DNA of 57,960 nucleotides, filler included, from Sphacelaria rigidula (taxonomy: Eukaryota), in the NCBI GenBank assembly GCA_964200075.2. It is 9 parts of 9 records of this genome, joined end to end, with 100 filler letters (N's around TTAATTAATTAA, not from the genome) between each part and the next. Parts side by side here need not be neighbours in the genome. Positions count along the whole stretch, not along the records: positions 32,257 to 38,607 come from CAXNAA020020600.1; positions 38,708 to 45,058 come from CAXNAA020020601.1; positions 45,159 to 51,509 come from CAXNAA020020602.1; 6 more parts are not named here. One strand, 5' to 3'. Shown here piece by piece: positions 37,370 to 48,742 of this stretch. Both the position numbers and the translations under genes were made by a program. The notes under the pieces were generated by a model. The model was given only the letters and a program-made list of their open reading frames with translations. It did not search any database and had not been told where the DNA came from. Position 1 is the first letter of the stretch. Every line of letters starts with the position of its first letter.

Positions 37370-37442
37370 GTATGCACACATATTTCCGAAAGTCGGCGAC
37401 GATCATCTAGAACTAGTTGACAAATAATGAATAATTTGATTG

Positions 37443-37933
37443 TGGTTGCTGCGCACGGTCCAGATAGACGTGATGGGTGTGTTCTCTGAGTGTTTCCGAT
37501 GGGCGCACGTTACTCTGTACTGGTGTCCTGAACCCTGTTGCTATTCTGTCCCTATTTATGTATGTGTTGCCGTCCCATCTATTCTGGACGCCAGCCTATA
37601 CCTTTCGGTATATGTGGGCGCACCAGCCGGGGTCACACAGGAGGAAGGCCAACAAGAGAGCGTTTTTCTTTTTTTGTTTTGTTTTTATTCTCCACTTTCC
37701 CTCTGCGGTGCTTGTCTTTACTTTTTATCGCGAAAGGGGTTCAGCAGTCCCTTTCCTTCGTCGTCCATTCAGTCGAATTTTGTGTGACGGTAACAACCCG
37801 TTGCTTGGACCAACCATCGATGATGTGAACACCGCCCGTTGGGGACGGACGAGCCTAGCTTGACCCTGACACCAGCCGCGAGATCGCAACGGCACGACGC
37901 TCCATTACCCCCCGCGATCACGAAAGACCGACG
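37443..37933 (-). repeat. Right arm of the long inverted repeat pair, interrupted by a ~220-bp dispersed repeat
   Basis: See left arm; insertion at ~37563-37783. Confidence 0.85.
37563..37783 (+). repeat. ~220-bp dispersed repeat; second complete copy at 57470-57690 (minus)
   Basis: CCATCTATTCTGGACGCC..GCACCAGCCGGGGTCACACAGG..GCGGTGCTTG..TATCGCGA..CAGCAGTCCCTTTCC..GTCGAATTT aligns with the reverse complement of 57470-57690. Confidence 0.8.
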
Positions 37934-38537
37934 CGTTGTGAGTTGTGAGTCCAGTCCTTGTGTCGATGCGGAGAGACTCGGAAATCATTTCTGAGGAGAA
38001 AGGGGCGTGGTTGTTGTGGCGTGTGTGAACGGCAAATGAGGGAGAAAAGAGCAGAATGTGTGGGCGCCATGATTGAAGGTGTCGCGCGGACTTATTCGCG
38101 CGCGGTGTGCCGTATCAGGTACAGCGTAGCAAGCGATGGCCCAGGACAGGTACGTTCTCGGCCGACTGGTGGTCCAGCTAAGGTACAAAAAAAAAAGAAC
38201 TCGTGGATCTGGTGTACCTGGTGGAGTTTTGGCCTAGAGACCGGAAGCGGGTTCTGGAAGCGATACGTCCTTTTGCGCATGGCCACATATCGCAAGTAAT
38301 ATGTTTTTTTTCACATTTTGTTTCAATGCTTGGGTGCTGAGGCCCCCCCCGAGTGATTTGCTTGAAACATTCGGAGCGAAAACGGTGTAAATGATGTGCT
38401 CTGCTGTTTTTGCATTTCTGGCTTGTTTTCGTACCTTTCTTGGGCGAAGACGAGAAGGTACACCTTTCTAGGTGATTGCCGTACGAGCTGGGCCGGCAGT
38501 AAATCCCGCATTCTCTCTCCACACCACAACTCCTCAT

Positions 38538-38607
38538 GAGTCATCCTACGATAGCGGGGGGGGTATTTTGGGCCATTTGTCGCTCGAAATTTCGAGTCAG
38601 ATCGTCG
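38538..38607 (+). mobile_element. End of a DNA transposon (GAG...CTC TIR family) at contig edge
   Basis: Starts GAGTCATCCTACGATAG. Host repeat 38483-38537 also occurs uninterrupted at 48439-48495, which places the boundary at or next to the GAG. Confidence 0.72.
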
Positions 38608-38707
38608 NNNNNNNNNNNNNNNNNNNNNNNNNNNNNNNNNNNNNNNNNNNNTTAATTAATTAANNNNNNNNNNNNNNNNNNNNNNNNNNNNNNNNNNNNN
38701 NNNNNNN

Positions 38708-39030
38708 CATCCTGCTAAGATTGTTCGGCGCGAAGCGTACTGATTATCTTGCATTTGGATGACACCCTTCAATGACTTGCTTCATTTTCTGCTATCGCCG
38801 CGTCCAGAGACAGCCATGGCCTATACACTGCCTCATGGATGAGGGGAAGAGGGGGGGGGGAGGGGGGGGTACTCATGATCTTGCATGCCGTAGTCATGTG
38901 ACCATCGACCTTGCATCCCTACAACGCCTGGACGGAGCACGCAGCGTTTAGCCGGACCAGGCTCGCAATCTATCACCAAGCGCGGAGGGCCGTCATGTGT
39001 TCAGCGAGCCGCATGAAAGGGAGTAGGGGG
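38708..39030 (-). mobile_element. Head-to-tail junction of two copies of the poly(C)-ended element
   Basis: 38708-38850 is the reverse complement of the first half and 38850-39030 of the second half of 31321-31652, joined through a G-run. Confidence 0.8.
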
Positions 39031-39186
39031 GGGCGCAGGGGGGGGAAGGCCTGCAGTGGGTATGGGCTCTTGCGAATATGCTTCAGCACATCCTCCATCA
39101 CATCACTGGAACATGGTCCTCACTTCAAACGAACATCGCTCACACTAAACCGGATCAGCGATCGATGGTTTTTCCCCTCTACTTAC

Positions 39187-39378
39187 CTGACGAAAGATAC
39201 GATGGTATTGTAGGCCAGTGTTTCCTGCTGAGACATGGCCAGGAGAGCACTCTCCCGCGTCGGCGGGGGGATGGCCAGAACATCGGCCTTGGTGTGTCGG
39301 ATCATCACCTCCGACAGCAGTCGCTGCAGACGCCGCTGTCCCTCCGGTCTATTCGCCAGGAACGGACCGCGGACGTTC
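39187..39378 (-). CDS. Snf2-family ATPase exon
   Basis: tag|g NVRGPFLANRPEGQRRLQRLLSEVMIRHTKADVLAIPPP..ETLAYNTIVSFVR|gtaagt. Confidence 0.85.
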
Positions 39379-40987
39379 CTACTTGCGTCAATGGTCACCG
39401 ATTACGCATATAGTAGTTGACATACGCAGACGCAAGCAAAGTTGGTTGGGATGCAAGCAAGGGTGGTCAGTGGTTAAGCGGTCGCTGGCACAGGAGAAAA
39501 AAAGTGGTACAGTACTGTTCGAGTACAAGAACTGGTTGTGTGGACCATTTTTTCTTCACACAACAAAATGTGTACCTTGCGCAAGCTACTAATCAAACAT
39601 TTTCTAAAGGGAGATCACATGCATGTACATGTACATGTTTCAACATACAGCGAACAAACCACGAGAGTGTCATGTACAGTTAGGACTATTAGACATGACC
39701 CTCCGTCCCTCCGTCTGCCTTTCCTTCCAAAGGACAACCTCGCGTAAAAATTGGGCTGCACTCGAAAACACTACGCGACTTCATCGCCAGATCTCCACGT
39801 CTAAAACACAGAAGACGGTGGCTCTGTTATGTTGAGCTCTTGCTTTCGTCGAGACCCGATACCTAGCGTCCGATAGATTCATCTAAACAGATGTGGGGGT
39901 GTCGGGGCGTCTCACTTATGTCTGTTTGAGCAGCATCTGTGACGCACTCATCTCCGGTTTACATGTGTGCAGAAGTGATCATTATACGCATACATGCAGT
40001 GTATCATGCGGCTTCCCCATCGAGTTTTATTCGAGCCTAGATTACCAGATTCGGATTTTTTCAGGGGTCTGACAAATTAATGATTCGTCCGGAAATTACT
40101 TGATTTTAGTGTAATTGATTCGTACCGCACGAATCAATCCTCAGGCTTTGTTTTCGGCGTTGCAAGCCAGGTACGCGTAGCCCAGGCACTTGGAATGGCG
40201 CAAAAATCGCGTGGAGACCTCGTTGACCAGGGGTCAACTTTTGTCTCTTTCTTGACCAATCAGGCCTGAAAAGTCGTGGATTTGGTGATTCGAACCGGCG
40301 ATTTTTCGTCCGAACCGTGGATTTTTTAGTGGGGCGGGTAGTCCCGAGTGCTCCAAGCGTGCAGAGCACGGCTTTTGGCCCAAATCGGCGCCGATGCAAC
40401 GCCCATATGAGCTCTCTGCCAGCGCATACTTTGCTCAGGGCACCCTCTTACCTTCCTCGCCCGAGGATTTTCGATCTGACATAGGTGAGGGTTAGAGTCG
40501 GAATTAGCACTAGGGCTAGGGCTAGCGTAACGCCTCGTGTCAAGGAAGAAAAAAAGACAGAGACTGAGATCGCCGGAATGATAATGAGAATGATAATGAT
40601 GGCCCACGCGTGGAAACCATTGTAAGTTCCGTTTCGCACTCTCATAGAAATGCTCTTCCATTCCCATGAAAATGAATTCAAAAATGATCATCTTTTTTTC
40701 CTGAAAAAAAGGGAGAAAAAAAACTGCCAAATGGAGCGTAAAGTGGTTACCACACGTGGGCTGTTAGCCATTGCCATCACAATTCCCACAAGCTCACTTT
40801 TATTGGTTTCTTTCATCAAGACGGGGGGCAGCCTACGGGCTCGAAAATTCCAGCATGTGCCAACCATGGAAATCTTACGACATATATCTAGGGGCAAACC
40901 CCGTTCATCGCGTCTTCATCCACACCCGGCCTGTACCTCCACGGCGCAAATCCGTACCCAACCATTCCATAAAAAATCGCTACGCAC

Positions 40988-41101
40988 CTTCGCCAGTCCC
41001 GGCTGTACTCCCCCTCTCGCAGGAAGGACATGAGGTTACTCAGATGACGAAGGGCGCAGTCGGCAGAAGTAGTTGGGGTCGGCGTCCCCGTCATGACCCA
41101 T
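40988..41101 (-). CDS. Snf2-family ATPase, exon with motif III
   Basis: aag|a WVMTGTPTPTTSADCALRHLSNLMSFLREGEYSRDWR|gtgcg; phases fit both neighbours. Confidence 0.85.
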
Positions 41102-42246
41102 CTTACGTACGTCACAGCAAATAACAAGAAAAACAGAAAAACAAAAACAAGTAGGCACGTAGAGCGTGAAGATGCCATATTGCCAACTACTTTCTCACGA
41201 AAAAATGCTGCTACCGGGAGATACGTGGGGGGGGGGGTTTCGGAAGAGTTTCACATGCCGTTGTGGAACCACTCGGCGGTTGCAACAGGGACACATCAGT
41301 CATTTCACCAGAGTATCTCCGTAGCTTTGTTTGCGTCCGGTGACACAGTACTCCATAATAGGCGTAGCCATGACTGCTGACTGCCTACTACATTAGTCTC
41401 CTAATAGTAAATGAAGGCATTATTCATTTCAGAGGCATATATAGAACTAGGTACCGATCCCGATAAAAAGAGAATGCCCCTCCTGTCAGATAGATCTTCA
41501 CGTCTAAAGTCCCCACCACGCCACGTCAGTGGTGGGCATTAACAGGACGACAAGGGACACATCTGCAGCGAAACTAGTTGAGAAGGACAAATGGCGAAGC
41601 ACATCTGCCGATACCCGCTAGTCGGTACCCGCCAGCACGGATGCATGCGCGACGCACGCACGAGGCGATCGCTGGTTGAATCGGTGCACGCTGGATCAGT
41701 CCAAGTATAAACTTGGCATCTTCGACCGAAAGCGCTCTTTTCCGATTTCTCGGTTACCCCTGCTCATCATGGTTTACTTTTGATCCCGAACTTTGAGAAT
41801 CGATAAACATGATTACGTACACGATACACATTTCGAAAATAAATATAATATTTGACTAATTTTGAAGGAGTGTACCGCCCCCAGTTCTCGCTCTTCGATA
41901 TTTTTGCCCGACCGAACCAATCTGGATCGTTTTAGTGAAAAATTCCATGCCTTTAGTGTTTTTATTTGATCTATATTCACTGCGCCACAGCCTAAAACCC
42001 ATGTTTTTGAGTATATATATGGTCAATAACACCTCCGCGACAAACGAGGTTTTACCCGCATTTTGTTCCAACAACACCAAATTAGGAAACGTGTTTCGGG
42101 CACGGCCTGCTATTTTCCGATCGCCTACCGACTATCAAACTTTTTAGAGGAGGTGACAAAGCGTCACTGACAAGACCCCGACCGAGTGAACACCATATTT
42201 GGAGTATGACTGCTGCGTGTCAACAAACAAGCACCAGGCAGCATTG

Positions 42247-43091
42247 CACAGGCACCGTGGTAAGGTAGGTACCCGGTGGCGGTATTTGGGACATATCATA
42301 CCCTACCGATACCGACCCAATCCGGTATTTTGAAATGTCATACCTACCATACCTACGATACCAGGGTATTTCGAGATTTCGATACCTACCGTACCCGCCT
42401 AATCCGGTATTTTGAAATGTCATACCTACTATACCTACGCATACCACGGTATGGGATACCCCGGTAAATGCCGGGGGTACGCTCGGTATCTTACCTACGG
42501 TGCCTGTGAAAACTTCGACGGCCCAATTTGCACCCAGATCTGATACGCTTCGCACTGCCAGGTGATAGTTTTGAATTCGGTATAGAGGGTAAGACAGGTA
42601 CCCGGTACCAGTATTTGGGACATCCCATACCCTCCCGATACCGACCCAATCCGGTATTTTCGAAACTTATACCTACGATACCTACGATACAAGGGTATTC
42701 CGAGATCCCAGTACCTACCGTACCTGCCAAATCCGGTATTTTTGAAATGTCATACCTACGATACCTACGATACCAGGGTATTTCGAGATCCCAGTACCTA
42801 CCGTACCCGCCAAATCCGGTATTTTTGAAATGTCATACCTGCTATACCTACGATACCAGGGTATTTCGAAATACCAGTACCTATTGTACCCGCCAAATCC
42901 GGTATTTTTGAAATGTCATACCTACTATACCTACGATACCAGGGTATTTCGAGATACCAGTACCTACCGTACCCGCCCAATCCGGTATTTTGAAATGTCA
43001 TACCTACGATACCTACGCAAACCACGTTATGGGATACCCCGGTAAATACCGGGGGTACGCTCGGTACGGTACCTCACCTACGGGGCATGTA
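42247..43091. mobile_element. Composite non-autonomous TIR element with an internal 82-83-bp minisatellite and an 8-bp TSD
   Basis: CAGCATTG at 42239-42246 and 43092-43099; TIR CACAGGCACCGT / CCTACGGGGCATGTA; extra internal TIR at 42490-42508; repeat units start at 42320, 42402, 42649, 42731, 42814, 42897, 42980. Confidence 0.8.
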
Positions 43092-43325
43092 CAGCATTGC
43101 ACCCAGACAGTCATTTTGCTACCAAGAAAGCACCCTGTTTATAATAGCTCTTCACCGTATCGGCCTTTGCCCTGAACGCTTCTCTGCTTGCTTTTTCATG
43201 CACACACATACACACACGGCAAAGCTGTGGGGTCGTTGTAAGTCGGCCAAAACCGTGCACGTAACGCCCACAACGGAGAGAGCATTAGGTACACCGACGA
43301 TAGCACAGTACAGTACAGTACAGTA

Positions 43326-44123
43326 CAGTTATGCCCGTGAATGGGGCCCGATTTTGGGCAGTATATACCGGGAAGATGGACCGACCAACTCCACAGTCAG
43401 TCGAATGCAGAAGAAACGAAACCTAAATGAGCCAATCAGTATTAATCACAAGTACACGCATCACTCGAAATGATCACGGCGCTCATACTACAACACAACT
43501 GTGACTGACGTTGCTGTACACCTGTATACGGGTTACAACAACAAGAGGATAGAGCTGCTGCTCGTGTTGTTGTTGTGCCCTTCTCGTTGCAGTATGTTGT
43601 TGTGCTTATCTTTCAACGCTACTTTCTCGGCAACGACGCAGAGGATTGGACTGCGGTTTGATGCGTGCGCTTCCCACACACCAGAACTAGTGAATTTGAA
43701 ATGGTTTCCGTACGCGTGCCGCGGAGGACGCAGCACTTTGCAAACCGCCGCACCAAACACAGAATGTACTACAAAATGCGTTTCCTGCAACGTTCTGGGG
43801 CTTTTCGGATCCGCTGTAGCGATTTAGCAACTCCGCTTGTCAAACTCACGACGTCTAGTGTGTGTGCGGGGGGCTGTGAAGTTCCAGAGGCGGGTTTGTT
43901 TCCTGTCTTAAGATAGCGATGAAAAATTTACAGCTGTCGCATACTAAACCTAGATAACTTGGGATGGGGCGTGTGTTATGTTCGGCAGAGGTTCAGCAGA
44001 GGTTCGGCAGAGGCCCGACCAGTCTATGACGTCTTCAACACATCTTCAATATCCGTCTGCAATCTTATATTTTGTGGGCAATGGATTTTTTGTCGGTAAG
44101 GCCTTCATCCACCGGCATAACGG
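43326..44123 (-). mobile_element. Shorter member of the CWGTTATGGG TIR family (copy 4, ~800 bp), flanked by pentanucleotide microsatellites
   Basis: TA|CAGTTATGCCCG ... CCGGCATAACGG|TA; internal blocks shared with 26350-26950 (e.g. GCAGAGGATTGGACTGCGGTTT). Confidence 0.75.
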
Positions 44124-44234
44124 TACGGTACGGTACGGTACGGTACGGTACGGTACGGTACGGTACGGTACGGTACGGTACGGTACGGTACGGTACGGTA
44201 CGGTACGGTACGGTACAGTACAGTACAGTACAGT
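44121..44234 (+). repeat. (CGGTA)n(CAGTA)n microsatellite
   Basis: Direct inspection. Confidence 0.97.
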
Positions 44235-44898
44235 TCTGTATACTGATATCTTCTTGCCACACTTTCAAACCCGCCTCCTTTGTCGGGACGACTCTGTGCT
44301 CTTATGCCTCATGTTTCAAGACATCAACCAACCCATCTCTCCCCAGATACGGTACACACCTTGCAACTTGATCTCGCGGATTGGATCATGACCAAGCACT
44401 CCCGCACCACGTCGACTCTCATGAAACAAACTCAATCGAATAAGATACTCGTGCTACTAGTCACGTACGTCCTAACGCTTTCAACGACGCAAATTAGACA
44501 CTACCGCCTGTGAAGAAATAACTCGAACACATCTCGCAGGAACAGAACCCGTGTTCTTCCCACCCTAACGAAGTCATTCGGACCATTATACTACGGGGGG
44601 GGGCGGCGGTCACTGTAGCGTGTATATGAACGCCATATAAAATAACAATTTTCTGAAGGACTCCAACATCAGCTTCCTAACCATTAGCTGTGTCACAGCC
44701 GAAACCTCGCTGACTCACTGTGATACACGAAGAAGACTAGCACCAATAATGTTAACTTGAGATAATGATAACCTCGCGTTTCTTCTAGTGACCAGAGCAA
44801 CGGGTTGTTAAACTAGCTGCAAGGGACACCGACTTTCGGGTGAATTGATGCAAGGAGAAAAAAACGTGCAGCACCGGCACAGTTGCAACAAATCTTAC

Positions 44899-44975
44899 CG
44901 TCGCTCGGCCTCCACTCGTCTCGCGACATCACCGCAACTGGTCAGGGCCGACGTGCCGAGCGCATGCCCTTCGTC
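44899..44975 (-). CDS. Snf2-family ATPase (Rad5/16-like group), exon with Walker B
   Basis: cag|DEGHALGTSALTSCGDVARRVEAERR|gtaag. Confidence 0.82.
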
Positions 44976-45191
44976 CTGGAGCAGCATCAGAAGCGAGTAT
45001 TTCAGTCACCACAAGCGAACATTCGGCGTAGCAGGGGGGGGGTGTACTCATGATCATGNNNNNNNNNNNNNNNNNNNNNNNNNNNNNNNNNNNNNNNNNN
45101 NNTTAATTAATTAANNNNNNNNNNNNNNNNNNNNNNNNNNNNNNNNNNNNNNNNNNNNCACGCTTTCCACGGTGGAAATCATACATTACGA

Positions 45192-45272
45192 AGAAAAACC
45201 CAAGGCATCGGGATTCGAACCCCCGTTCTCTCCACCATAACGGCGACAGTCGGACCATTACACCACCGGGGC
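45192..45272 (-). mobile_element. tRNA-derived SINE-like / tRNA pseudogene
   Basis: Minus strand: CCCCGGTGGTGTAATGG..GGGGGTTCGAATCCCG, then TTTTT. Confidence 0.6.
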
Positions 45273-45794
45273 GCGGCAGGCTGGACACACTACAGCACTG
45301 TGTTGTGCACTACACTGTACTGTACTGTACAGTACTGTACCAATGACGGCGCTGCACTCCCCGTTCGTGACGTGACATGCAAAGCACGCTGACGATCAAG
45401 GAACCAACACGCACATTGCATGGCGGAAGTGGCAGGACTCCCCATCATTTCCCCTTGTCTTTTTCTTTCTCTACTAGTTGCTGACTTCCATTCACCCCTC
45501 CCCTGAGGTGGTGTGTCTGGTTACGTGATGCATTTCTTGTTACGCCTGGTATATTCGTGCACATGGCTGTCCCTCTAGAGGTACAAGGATAGAAGTCTGC
45601 GATTCTTATCGGTATGATTGGTGATCTTGACGCCTGAGTGTGGCTCCATTCCTGTTTGGCCTCGTGTGTTGAGTGGACCAATGGACCCTGTCTCCAGTAG
45701 TCCGAATGGTCGCCTGAGGCATCGGAACGTGGGAGGTCCGCACTATTTTTCCCGTCTTTATCTTTTGATTATTCTCATTCATATATACGAAGTA

Positions 45795-45795
<1 letters not shown>

Positions 45796-45836
<41 letters not shown>

Positions 45837-45884
45837 TATTATCATTATTATCATTATTATCATTATTATCATTATTATCATTAT
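45796..45884 (+). repeat. (TAT)n then (CATTATTAT)n microsatellite
   Basis: Direct inspection. Confidence 0.95.
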
Positions 45885-45969
45885 CTTGTACCACGTCTCT
45901 GTGAATTTTTCTGTGAATATTCCTGGGTTTTGTTCCGTTTTCTATCTTCTTTTACTCTTTTTTGGATAG

Positions 45970-46048
45970 TTAGCCTGTGACCACGGAAGGCGTCTGCACC
46001 AGATGCCCAGTACAGAGTATCGGAACGGTTTTTAGTGTGAAGACAACG

Positions 46049-46097
<49 letters not shown>

Positions 46098-46102
46098 CGA
46101 CA
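45970..46102 (+). mobile_element. Short (CAA)n-tailed SINE-like repeat (copy 2)
   Basis: Aligns with 28062-28193. Confidence 0.75.
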
Positions 46103-46415
46103 TTCCCAAAACGCATTTATCGCTGTACCGTGCTGGGGACGTGACTGTACAAGTCGCCACCAGTTTTGGAGTGTCGCTGAGCGTGGCTCATGTTCGGGGT
46201 GTAGCATATAAGAGAGATATCGAACAAAGTGAGGTGGAAACTTCTCTTATTTTTCGGGGAGGGGGGGGGGGGGGGGGGGGGGGGTGGGGGGGGCGAAGAA
46301 AGCGGGGGGGGGGACGGGGGGGGTACAGGCTTCTCTTGTCGCTTTCAGCACCACAAANNNNNNNNNNAAAATAAAAGGAGAGAGGATGGAGGTGGTTGGG
46401 GGAGTTGGTGGTTTT

Positions 46416-46453
<38 letters not shown>

Positions 46454-46941
46454 GGTGAGGCGAAGAAAACGTGCGGGGGCAAAGACGCGGTAAAAGCTGC
46501 TCTTGACACTTGCAGAACATCAAACGTACGCGGCAAGGAACCGGTTTGGCTGCCTCCTTGCGTCCACAGGATGGTTGGTTCCTTGTTCGACGAAAGTTTT
46601 GCACCGAAATTCCGTACCGGGGTCATATTCCTGAGGTACGACACGTGGCAAGGGAAGAAAGTAAGAGGCTTTTCCACTCGTGAATTTCGCCTCGTTGTTA
46701 CCGAGAAAATTTCTCGTACTTTTCGTGGCCACTTTCAGGTACTGTTGGGTTTTCGGAACTGTTGAGTTTCCAGGTGCAGTCGCGCAATTCCAGGTAGACC
46801 TGCTGCATTTACGGTCTTGTTGAGGTAGTTTGCCTCCTCAGCCAATCTGTTCGCCGCATGTGGAGCATGTTATGTGGCCGTGGAGCTGTACCTGAAAATG
46901 TCCGAACAGTCGTTAGGTATACCTGAACGTAATCATTCCCT

Positions 46942-46942
46942 C

Positions 46943-46987
<45 letters not shown>

Positions 46988-47006
46988 CATCATCACAATA
47001 ATAATA
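46942..47006 (+). repeat. (CAA)n/(CAT)/(TAA) microsatellite
   Basis: Direct inspection. Confidence 0.9.
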
Positions 47007-47628
47007 GCTCGAGAAGGCGTTACCGAAGGTTTCAGTCTGCATTTAAACGAGTTGAAAGGTTTCGGCTACAACCCGCAAGTGGGGACATGATAATCGTTCA
47101 GGCGTTTTTTGTTGTTGTAGAATGGAAACCTACGGTAGGATGCGGGATAATTACCGAGAGCAAAAGAGAACCCAACCAATAGGTTTCGTCAACTAATAAG
47201 CTATCTATGGTAAGGTGGGGCAGTCCTGGTGACGACGACAAAACGAAATTTTTCGAGTGCATCTGAGCTACGGATAACTCTTTATTGAGCAAACTCGCAC
47301 TCACAGCGCGTTGGAATCTTCCTTTGTTTGACTAGTGCGTCTGCGACGGCTGCAGAGTGCGCCTCAAGGCTTTCGCACTGGTGGGAACAACGTACTGAGC
47401 ACACGCGCTCAATCAATGAGACTCACAAATACGATGAGGGGAAAAGTTGAGCCCAAGTTGATCCATCCTAACCTGCCTCCGAAATGCCACGCCTTCCGTT
47501 TTTATAGCGGTCGGTCGTTGCTTTTTTCTTCTCTTCAGTCATCAGTCTGTTTTCGAGGAAGACAACTCTGTTTCCGACACTGGCCGTGACCCCCCTTTTG
47601 CTACCTCGCGTCCGTGCTGTATCAAAAG

Positions 47629-47733
47629 GCTGGTCGCAAGTTTATTTTGTTGCGCACGGAGACGGGTGCAGTTCTGTGCGTGGATCAGCACGCGGCAGAC
47701 GAGCGGGTGAAGCTTGAGGCGCTACAACGTCAG
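47629..47733 (+). CDS. MLH3: MutL-family (MLH3-like) C-terminal endonuclease exon
   Basis: aag|AGRKFILLRTETGAVLCVDQHAADERVKLEALQRQ|gtgat contains DQHA-x2-E-x4-E; the ERxxLE form fits MLH3 better than PMS2. Confidence 0.85.
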
Positions 47734-48237
47734 GTGATCATTTGCATCACGTCGTACTAGTAGCGTGCAGTAGTAGCAGACCCATCGACGCCTTAACCTG
47801 ACCAGGGTAACGGAACATGGGGCCGGGTAGGCGGTGTTATGTTTGATGATTCGATCATTCGTGAGAGTACATCGTTTTCCTAACCGGCAATTTCAGTCTC
47901 GGCGTGAGTGTCTCATGATCCACGGGCCGAAGGTTGAAGGAACTGGCCTCGGCCATCACAGAAGCACTCCCTTGATATTCAAAATTGCTACCCATCATCG
48001 TCAACCGCGCGAACTCTGAAAATACCATCCGAGCATGTTCTGAGAGTGTCGTTCGGTTGTTCCTGGGCGCTTGGTATATCAACGAGGGCCATAGGCGCGG
48101 TTGTTTTACACAGTGTAGATAACACCACCTCTTTCAGAGACCGGGTGGCATAACAGAACGGAATTGGCCGGTAATCTGCAAGCGTTTCCCATTCGATATG
48201 ACTGAGAATCGTTGCGCGCTGTATTGACACTGTACAG

Positions 48238-48348
48238 GTGTTCGGTGAAAACAGGGACAGGCGTAACATCGGCAAGCTGGTGCTGCAGTCACCGGAAACG
48301 TTGCCCACCACCAGCTCCGATATGGAGCTGCTCGAGCAACACCGAGAG
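48238..48348 (+). CDS. MLH3: MLH3-like next exon
   Basis: cag|VFGENRDRRNIGKLVLQSPETLPTTSSDMELLEQHRE|gtatg; phase 0 at both ends; fits the MutL_C regulatory subdomain position. Confidence 0.7.
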
Positions 48349-48742
48349 GTATGGACGCTCGGAGAAATCATCATTTTTTTCTGCTCACAGACAAATACTT
48401 TGGTTGCTGAAAGTTCTGCGGGAATCAACGGACAGTTTACGAGCTGGGCCGGCAGTAAACCCAGCATTCTCTGTCGTCACCACAACTCTTCAGGTTTCCC
48501 AAATCAGCACGACCTGAGCATATCGCTGTGAACTGCAGACTAACCTGGTAACATAAGGCACGGCCGCTGCGCGATTGGTGCACTTTTGGCGATGATGTCA
48601 TTGGACTGCATTGAGTACCGAGTACCTGCATTGAGTACCGAGTACGTCCCAATTCTTCGTGCGATAGCGTGTCTGGAGACGTTTCGTTTCACAAAATGCG
48701 GTGAAATTACGATAGATCGGTGCGCCGGATAAGCACACGCAC

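Noticed and set aside
40484..40526. Telomere-like GGGTTAG/CTAGGG repeats
   Set aside because: Only a few degenerate units inside an intron; not a telomere
42300..43030. Regular repeats resembling a CRISPR array
   Set aside because: Whole 82-83-bp units repeat with no unique spacers, no cas genes, and they lie inside a TIR element in a eukaryotic intron
43978..44391. ORFs with YGTVR repeats (also the poly-Y/H, poly-C, poly-N and poly-G/P ORFs at 45606-47182)
   Set aside because: Translations of microsatellites and homopolymers
45192..45272. Functional tRNA gene
   Set aside because: A/B boxes are present but the acceptor and anticodon stems do not form convincingly; treated as a tRNA-derived repeat
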